A stretch of DNA of 54,318 bases from a virus (Duplodnaviria > Caudoviricetes): positions 1 through 54,318 of IMG/VR virus record IMGVR_UViG_3300009661_000074; one strand, given 5' to 3'. The notes beneath the pieces were generated by a model, which was given only the letters and a program-made list of their open reading frames with translations, did no database searches and was not told the DNA's origin. Positions within the stretch are counted from its first letter, which is position 1; each line of letters starts with the position of its first letter. The position numbers and the translations under genes were made by a program. Shown one piece after another: positions 48,484 to 54,318 of the stretch.

Positions 48484-48541
48484 GTTTCCAAACTACTACC
48501 AGCCCGCCGCGTGCGGGCTTTTTTTTGTCCGGAGAAAAGCA

Positions 48542-49036
48542 ATGCCAAGAATCACCGCTCAGGCGGCCGGTGGACAGAACGTGCTGGCCTTCCTCGACAT
48601 GCTGGCCTGGTCCGAAGGCACGTCGATCAGCAAGTACACGCAGGACGACGGCTATGACGTGATAGTCGGCGGCATCAACAGCCCGAACACCTTCACGAAC
48701 TATGCGACTCACCCCAACGTACTGGTGACCGTAAACAGCGTCGGGCTCAAGTCAACGGCGGCGGGGCGGTACCAGCTGCTTTACCGTTTCTGGCTGGCCT
48801 ACAGCAGTCAGTTGGACCTGCTGGACTTCGGCCCGGTGAGTCAGGACCGGATTGCAATCCAGCAAATCACCGAACGACTGGCGCTGCCGGACATCCAGGC
48901 TGGCCGCATCGCCGTGGCTATCGGCAAGTGTTCGAACATCTGGGCAAGCCTGCCAGGCAATGCTTACGGCCAGCGGGTTCACACCGTTGACGACCTGGTG
49001 GCGCACTACATCGCTGCTGGTGGGGTGATGGCATGA
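48542..49036 (+). CDS. Endolysin, lambda R-like lytic transglycosylase
   Basis: AFLDMLAWSEGT, STAAGRYQ, DF.P.SQD, WASLPG..YGQ. Confidence 0.93.
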   Translation: MPRITAQAAGGQNVLAFLDMLAWSEGTSISKYTQDDGYDVIVGGINSPNTFTNYATHPNVLVTVNSVGLKSTAAGRYQLLYRFWLAYSSQLDLLDFGPVSQDRIAIQQITERLALPDIQAGRIAVAIGKCSNIWASLPGNAYGQRVHTVDDLVAHYIAAGGVMA

Positions 49037-49545
49037 CCACATACGCCAAAGCAGGCGCGATCCTGCTGCTGATCGCCCTGGCTTGTCTCGCACTATTCGG
49101 CGCATATCACCACGGCGAAACGCTGGCAGACGCTCAGTGGCGGGCCAAGTGGAACCAGCGTGACGCCGACGATGCCGCAGCCCGCGCCAAAGCCGAGGCT
49201 GACGCCCGTACCCAGGAACAGCAACGTGAACAATCCGCAGAGAAGGTGCAACGTGATGCAACTCAAAAACTGGAACAAGCGCGCACTGATGCTGATGGTG
49301 CCAACGCTGCTGCTGATCGGCTGCGCGAGCAGGTCAGAAAGCTACTCGGCGACGGTGAAGCCGGCCGCAATCCCAGCGCTGCCCCCAGCCGCACGCCAGC
49401 AACCAACCCCGGCAATCTGCTCGCCATCGTGCTCGATCAGTCTGTCGCACGAAATCGAGAGCTGGCAGCAATCGCTGATGCTGCCCGATTGAATGGCCTG
49501 GCGTGCGAAGCAGCCTATGAGTCGCTAAGGTTGAAACCAAAATGA
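49033..49545 (+). CDS. Rz: i-spanin (Rz-like, DUF2514-type)
   Basis: N-terminal TM, coiled coil, terminal GLACEAAY; follows endolysin. Confidence 0.82.
   Translation: MTTYAKAGAILLLIALACLALFGAYHHGETLADAQWRAKWNQRDADDAAARAKAEADARTQEQQREQSAEKVQRDATQKLEQARTDADGANAAADRLREQVRKLLGDGEAGRNPSAAPSRTPATNPGNLLAIVLDQSVARNRELAAIADAARLNGLACEAAYESLRLKPK
49256..49492 (+). CDS. Rz1: o-spanin lipoprotein embedded in Rz (+1 frame)
   Basis: Signal peptide with lipobox LLIGC, Pro-rich mature part; AAGG upstream of ATG 49256. Confidence 0.75.
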   Translation: MQLKNWNKRALMLMVPTLLLIGCASRSESYSATVKPAAIPALPPAARQQPTPAICSPSCSISLSHEIESWQQSLMLPD

Positions 49546-49730
49546 GGAGATATGGATGTTTGTGACAAGTTTTCTTGCAACGAATCAACAGCGGCAACAC
49601 GTTGGATGGCTTCAGAAAGCCATTTCTGAAGGTGTGCCGGCCTACTGCCAATCTCGCCCAATTCGTGCTGTGAAAGCTTTAACCGAACCCGTTCGTTTTT
49701 CAGGCGAGCACCTATTGTGTCCATGCGCAT
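49515..49730 (-). pseudogene. Probable truncated XRE HTH regulator remnant
   Basis: IGARLKNERVRLKLSQHELG is an XRE start, but the recognition helix pattern is lost afterwards. Confidence 0.45.
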
Positions 49731-49950
49731 TCATCACCGTTAATTCGCTATATGCCGTCTTAGTGAACTTCGGCTAATTCGCTCCGGGAGGTGGTTGGCC
49801 GTAGTGATTGCCTTGCATGTGGTCATGCTCTATCCAAATAAATGGGCTATTGGTGAGGAATACTCCCATTTGAATAGAGGCTGACCTTAACTCGACAAAT
49901 AGTTCAATATCGTTCAATTTGTTCGCTAATATAAAGCGTGGATCCATGGA

Positions 49951-50208
49951 GTGGGTGTGATGATTAGAGCAGAAATGATTAAACGAGGTGCGCGGTTACG
50001 GATAGAAGCCATTCTCGACGAGATTAACGAAGACGATCGTCCATATCAGAAAGGTTTTGCCGATGGGTATATCGCTGCGCTGGTCGACTTCACCGATCTA
50101 AAACACATCGATGGGATGGCTCCAACAAGAGGCGAAACAAGCCTATCTCAATCAATAGTTCAAGAGTCTCGTACATTAGGGGAGCTTCCGCAGGTAAGAA
50201 GGATATGA
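49951..50208 (+). CDS. Hypothetical protein
   Basis: ORF with GGAG upstream in an AT-richer patch; C-terminus uncertain. Confidence 0.4.
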   Translation: MGVMIRAEMIKRGARLRIEAILDEINEDDRPYQKGFADGYIAALVDFTDLKHIDGMAPTRGETSLSQSIVQESRTLGELPQVRRI

Positions 50209-50696
50209 AAATGTCCCAGAAACTCGATGTGTTTAAACATTGCACCACTCGCGGAAAAAATGAAGCGGTAGTTCAAGATCTTATTGGCTGGAGCGGGCGA
50301 TGGTCTCTGCTCGGTGGTCTCGTCGTTTGCTGCAGTTGCTTTGCGTCCCAAACGCCAGAAGACTCGCAGACCCCCTTCGTACATCTTCCTTGCTGCATCG
50401 CGATCAGTTCCGGCCTTTATCCTTGGCGTGAGCTTTCCGACATCCTTTCCGAAGTCTCGCCCACACAAATGCGTGCAGGTGATGAAGGCTGATCAATCCT
50501 AGTGACTGGCCTGACCCGTGAGGCGACGTTTGAGACGTTGACCACGCCGGCCTGGGCAAATAGACGCTTCATTCACATCAAAAGGAGCGGCCAACAGGAT
50601 GCGTCAACATCCCTGCTGGCCACAGAACCGCAGACTATTCCTGCAAGTCCCGCCAAGGCTCCCCGCTCTGTGCACAAAGCGCGGCGAGCCTAGCAC

Positions 50697-50712
50697 CTGT
50701 TTATCCATACAG
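50697..50712 (+). promoter_or_regulatory. LexA (SOS) box
   Basis: CTGTTTATCCATACAG, 15 nt before the methylase start. Confidence 0.85.
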
Positions 50713-50727
50713 TAAAGGCTTGCAAAA

Positions 50728-51498
50728 ATGACAAACCCAATCGTTCCATGGATGGGCGGCAAACGTCGCCTCTCAAAACGCCTCCTGGCTTTATTTCCTC
50801 CACACGAATGCTACGTCGAGGCTTTTGCGGGTGGCGCGGCTCTCTACTTCAAGCGGCCCGAGCCCGCCAAGGTCGAGGTGCTGAACGACATTAACGGCGA
50901 CCTGGTGAGCCTCTACCGGGTGGTGCAAAACCATTTGGAAGAGTTCGTGCGCCAGTTCAAGTGGGCGCTCAGCTCGCGGCAGATATTTGAATGGCAAAAA
51001 ATGACCCGGCCCGAAACACTCACCGATATTCAGCGCGCCGCACGGTTCTTTTACCTGCAGCAGCATGCCTTTGGGGGCATGGTCTCTGGGCAGACCTTCG
51101 GTACCGCGACTACCGGTAGGCCGATCAATCTCCTGCGCATCGAGGAAAACCTTTCAGCTGCATGGCAGCGGCTGGCGGGCACCTACGTGGAAAACCTGCC
51201 CTGGCTCAAGTGCGCTGAGAAGTATGACCGCCCGCACAGCTTTCACTACATGGACCCTCCATACTGGGGAACCAAGGGTTACGGCGTGGACTTTGGGTTT
51301 GAGGAGTACGAGCGCATGGCCGACTTCATGCGCAGGTGCCAGGGCAGGGTGATGGTCAGCATCAACGACCATCCAGATATCAGGCGGGTGTTCGAGGGCT
51401 TCCGGTTTGAAGCTCTGGACATCCGCTATAGCAATACCAACCAGCGTCAAGGTAAGGCTGAGGTATCTGGAGAGCTTGCGATCATGAATTGGGCATGA
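50728..51498 (+). CDS. DNA adenine methyltransferase (D12/Dam class)
   Basis: PWMGGK, YVEAFAGG, LNDIN, DPPY. Confidence 0.93.
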   Translation: MTNPIVPWMGGKRRLSKRLLALFPPHECYVEAFAGGAALYFKRPEPAKVEVLNDINGDLVSLYRVVQNHLEEFVRQFKWALSSRQIFEWQKMTRPETLTDIQRAARFFYLQQHAFGGMVSGQTFGTATTGRPINLLRIEENLSAAWQRLAGTYVENLPWLKCAEKYDRPHSFHYMDPPYWGTKGYGVDFGFEEYERMADFMRRCQGRVMVSINDHPDIRRVFEGFRFEALDIRYSNTNQRQGKAEVSGELAIMNWA

Positions 51499-51518
51499 AT
51501 CTTTAGAGGCATGACCCT

Positions 51519-51947
51519 TTAGCCCTGGGTCGTGATCAGCGGCCAGCGATCATGAACCCAGGCGAACTCCTGCGGCGGGGTGGTGGTCACCACATAAACC
51601 CGCCGCTCATCGTCTTTGCCTATTACCAGGCATTCCAATGCACACCCATTGTCAACATTGAACCAGTGCGATACGCGCTCGGCGTCCTTCTCCATGTACC
51701 GCTGCACGATGCCCAGCGCTCGTTGCGGTTGGTACCTGTCCCATCCGCCACGCTCCAGGGTTTCGAGCTTGGCCCAGCCACCTTGTGGACCGCTGCCTTT
51801 TTCCTCACGGCGACGGCCCCATCTGATCCACCCCAAATCCGTCCCGTCCTCGAGCATCACCGGAAACGCGGCTTTGGGATTCGGAAAATAAACTTTCACT
51901 GGTTCGTAGGCCCTTGCCTTGTCCGCTGCTTCGACGCCGCCGCACAT
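51519..51947 (-). CDS. Short SRAP/abasic-site-processing-like protein
   Basis: N-terminal MCG, internal WG, C-terminal VHDRWP. Confidence 0.65.
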   Translation of the reverse strand: MCGGVEAADKARAYEPVKVYFPNPKAAFPVMLEDGTDLGWIRWGRRREEKGSGPQGGWAKLETLERGGWDRYQPQRALGIVQRYMEKDAERVSHWFNVDNGCALECLVIGKDDERRVYVVTTTPPQEFAWVHDRWPLITTQG

Positions 51948-52052
51948 AAAATATCTCCTCTAAATGCTCACCTTGGTAGACCGGGGCTTGCCGCGAAGGT
52001 TGGGGCATCCTGACGAAACGCTCTTGATCAATCGGGTCATCCTCATAGAATT

Positions 52053-52068
52053 CTGGTTATTCGTACAG
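52053..52068. promoter_or_regulatory. LexA (SOS) box between divergent genes
   Basis: CTGGTTATTCGTACAG. Confidence 0.8.
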
Positions 52069-52082
52069 TATTTGAGGTTGGC

Positions 52083-52376
52083 ATGTATTTCCTAATCACG
52101 CCACGGCGTAGGCTTGGGATTGCCATCAGCAATCAAGACCTGAAGATGATTCTGCCCGTACGTGGGGATATTCATTTCACAGAGCTGGAGGACAAGCAGT
52201 TCGGCAGGACTACGATTTCGGCCTGGGTTTTCAATCCCTCGTCTGGGCCAGACATCTTGCCCAGGCTTTTGGATGCGCGTGTCACGGGCATGGCTCAGCA
52301 GGGTATGAACATTTCAGGCATTGAGCAGATCGGTGACGTCTTTTACGCTCAGTCGTGGTGGTGCAGGTTGGAGTGA
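52083..52376 (+). CDS. Hypothetical SOS-linked protein
   Basis: 97 aa; GAGG RBS; ends YAQSWWCR. Confidence 0.72.
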   Translation: MYFLITPRRRLGIAISNQDLKMILPVRGDIHFTELEDKQFGRTTISAWVFNPSSGPDILPRLLDARVTGMAQQGMNISGIEQIGDVFYAQSWWCRLE

Positions 52377-52535
52377 TTTTTGTACATCGGCAGGACGCCG
52401 GGGCAGGGGCTTTCTGTACGAAAGCCTGTAGGGACTTTTGCGGGACAACGTGAAGCTGCGCTAAACCACGTAGAACATCGATTGCAGTGGGCGTCTACGT
52501 AATAGGCTGTTATTTAAAGGGTTTCGGGACATCCG

Positions 52536-52585
52536 CTAGCATGGGGTGCTAGGGGTCGAGTGTTCGAATCACTCCGTCCCGACCA
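52536..52585 (+). repeat. att core: 3' portion of tRNA-Pro(GGG) (anticodon arm, T arm, CCA)
   Basis: CTAGC-ATGGGGT-GCTAG, GGTCGAGTGTTCGAATCACTC, CGTCCCGACCA; no 5' acceptor strand or D arm upstream. Confidence 0.9.
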
Positions 52586-52601
52586 TATTTTTCAATGACT
52601 T

Positions 52602-52630
52602 AGCCCAATCTGAAAAAGGTTGGGCTTTTT
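52602..52630 (+). terminator. Terminator after the tRNA fragment
   Basis: AGCCCAA..TTGGGCT followed by a T-run. Confidence 0.7.
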
Positions 52631-53040
52631 CATGTCTGAAAAAATACGCCCACATTTACTTCCACGGATATCTTGGATCTCGGTAGCTACACCATCTGAG
52701 AGGCGTTCGAGTCTCGTGTCTCCGGGTAGTAGCCCGTACCAATGCAAGAACCTGTAGATGCGAAGACGTTCGTCAATGAGTTGCTGATCTGGACATTCCG
52801 CGACGCAAGCTTCGGGCGATGGCTATAGGTAGCGCGGGGGCTCTCTGTTGCAGGCGAGGTGATCCGGACATTCGCTCAGGCTCTGGTAGAGTCATCGGAT
52901 ATCACATGCTTCCATCGACGGAGGTTCGTGTCGATGGGGGCTTTGAACTTCCTGGTGATGGAAGCATAGGGTCGATCAAGCGCAGCTGATTGTTGAAGCT
53001 AAGGTACTATCCGCTGCAGGTAGACCGATGTAAGCGGTTA

Positions 53041-54318
53041 CTAACCTTCAGTGCATTGGGTCAATGGTGGCAATGATTGATGCTCGCGCTGCAAGCTCCA
53101 TGAGCCAATCATTGTTGATAGACCCCTGAGCGGAGGAAGGTCGACTTGATAGTTCATTCTATACAACAACTGCGGAGTAGCCCGTGGTTCCAGCAACCCT
53201 GAAAGATGAAATTCCCCGGTGACATGACGAAGGACCCTGAGGGCCGCAACAATATGAGGCTTAGAGTACGTAATTCGCAGGTTTAGCCGTTCAAGCTCAG
53301 ATAGCCTTCGCTCAGTCTCGCTTTGACCAAATTTCTCCAGCCCACCCCAAGATTCAATCAGGGATGCGCAGCGATATCGAATGGTTGTCTCTGGAGTTCC
53401 TGCGCGCGCTAGGTCCTTGACCTGGGTTGTGAAAAGCTCGGTCCAGCCCAATGGATCGTTCACGAGCATCGCACCAGATGATGGGTTGGTGAGACGAGAT
53501 ACGGAGCTCACTTTTCTGTTTGTAGCCATCTGCATGCGGTAGTGAAGCGGCAACTCTTGCGCCGAGATCGCCCAGTCGTACCCCCAGCGATCAAGCAGAG
53601 AGCCAGCAAAAGAAGCTACGACATAGTCTTTAGTGTTTGCTAATGGTAGAACTCGTTCGACCCCATCGACGGCAATGGCTTCTTCGTCGCGGAAAAGCAG
53701 CTGAAGAGCTTCTGCTGGTTCATCCGAATCACCATTGAGAAGGCTATGCACCAGGCGGGTACTCAGTAGTCCTTTGGATGTGAGTAGTCTTACTGCTCGG
53801 TATCCGAGCGCCGAACTGTGCATTGCGGCTTCGACCACCACTCGCGGCGCCAAGCGGTGAGCTGCACCGTTGCCCTCCGTGAGGGCCATGCCTGAAAGTT
53901 GCTTCAGCGCCAATAGAATGCGTTCGCCACTGCCGCTAGGGTCTTGGCTGTCTGAGCTTTCAAGCAGATCTCCCCACAGTGAGTACTGCGGATTCTTCTT
54001 CGCTGGCAGCGCATATCCAAGTGTGTTGGAGTGTAGCCGTACCAGCAGCTCGAGAGCGCGCTTGGGGCTGCCAATTTTGGCGAATACCTTCGCTATGCCT
54101 GCAATCAGATCGATGTGTTCCTGCGGGGTGTTGCCATGCACCCTGCCGAGTAGTTCCTCTAGCCGGCCAAAGGCCGCTGTTGCATTCCCGTCGCTGCGAT
54201 ACGCCTCTTCAATGACGGCTATGCGGGAAGGAATGTTTAGCTTGTTGTCAGCCATGCGATCAGTGAGCGACGCATCAAATAAGCCAACTAATGCAGTGAA
54301 TTCTTGTTCGCCACTCAT
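53041..54318 (-). CDS. Hypothetical helical protein outside the prophage, possibly a fragment of a larger gene
   Basis: 425 aa ORF starting at the window edge; no recognisable motif. Confidence 0.5.
   Translation of the reverse strand: MSGEQEFTALVGLFDASLTDRMADNKLNIPSRIAVIEEAYRSDGNATAAFGRLEELLGRVHGNTPQEHIDLIAGIAKVFAKIGSPKRALELLVRLHSNTLGYALPAKKNPQYSLWGDLLESSDSQDPSGSGERILLALKQLSGMALTEGNGAAHRLAPRVVVEAAMHSSALGYRAVRLLTSKGLLSTRLVHSLLNGDSDEPAEALQLLFRDEEAIAVDGVERVLPLANTKDYVVASFAGSLLDRWGYDWAISAQELPLHYRMQMATNRKVSSVSRLTNPSSGAMLVNDPLGWTELFTTQVKDLARAGTPETTIRYRCASLIESWGGLEKFGQSETERRLSELERLNLRITYSKPHIVAALRVLRHVTGEFHLSGLLEPRATPQLLYRMNYQVDLPPLRGLSTMIGSWSLQREHQSLPPLTQCTEG

Larger units (their letters stand above)
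1..52585. mobile_element. Temperate prophage (lambdoid early region, lambda-like head, Mu-like contractile tail) integrated at tRNA-Pro; left boundary lies upstream of position 1
   Basis: Complete syntenic set int-xis-early-cI/cro-replication-Q-holin-terminase-head-tail-lysis, ending at a 3' tRNA-Pro fragment. Confidence 0.96.

Noticed and set aside
50160-50502. Overlapping short ORFs on both strands
   Set aside because: Mutually overlapping, no motifs or convincing RBS; none could be chosen
52525-52585. Intact tRNA-Pro gene
   Set aside because: Only the anticodon arm to CCA is present; upstream bases give no D arm, so it is treated as the att duplication
52906-52968. 11-bp inverted repeat ATGCTTCCATC/GATGGAAGCAT
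   Set aside because: Isolated, with no transposase or target duplication seen

Overview
Almost the whole window (1 to about 52585) is one temperate prophage, most likely of a Pseudomonas host (inferred from the tRNA-Pro sequence and the gene set). It ends at a duplicated 3' half of tRNA-Pro(GGG), the att site; the left att lies outside the window. Order: integrase/excisionase; a leftward early operon (Arc, C5 DNA methyltransferase, frameshifted PAPS-reductase-family gene, YfdP/YfdQ-like pair, small ORFs each preceded by a long hairpin) interrupted by opposite-strand morons; a lambdoid cI/cro switch with readable operators; Rha/antirepressor; replication genes with an iteron origin; VRR-NUC, a second tyrosine recombinase and a Q-like gene; holin; a lambda-type head; a Mu-type contractile tail with a -1 frameshift chaperone and a split fibre module; endolysin with Rz/Rz1; and an SOS-box-controlled adenine methylase/SRAP-like module. 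The most notable cargo is an AT-rich moron just before the terminase genes that encodes a LOV-type PAS + GGDEF diguanylate cyclase with the photocycle and catalytic motifs intact. Other candidates are a structured, boxA-containing pL leader with no obvious N gene, an array of hairpin-led early gene cassettes, and two possible defence/exclusion cassettes. Two lesions are visible: a frameshift in the PAPS-reductase gene and an amber stop in the head decoration gene. All protein family calls come from motif recognition and synteny; no database search was run.
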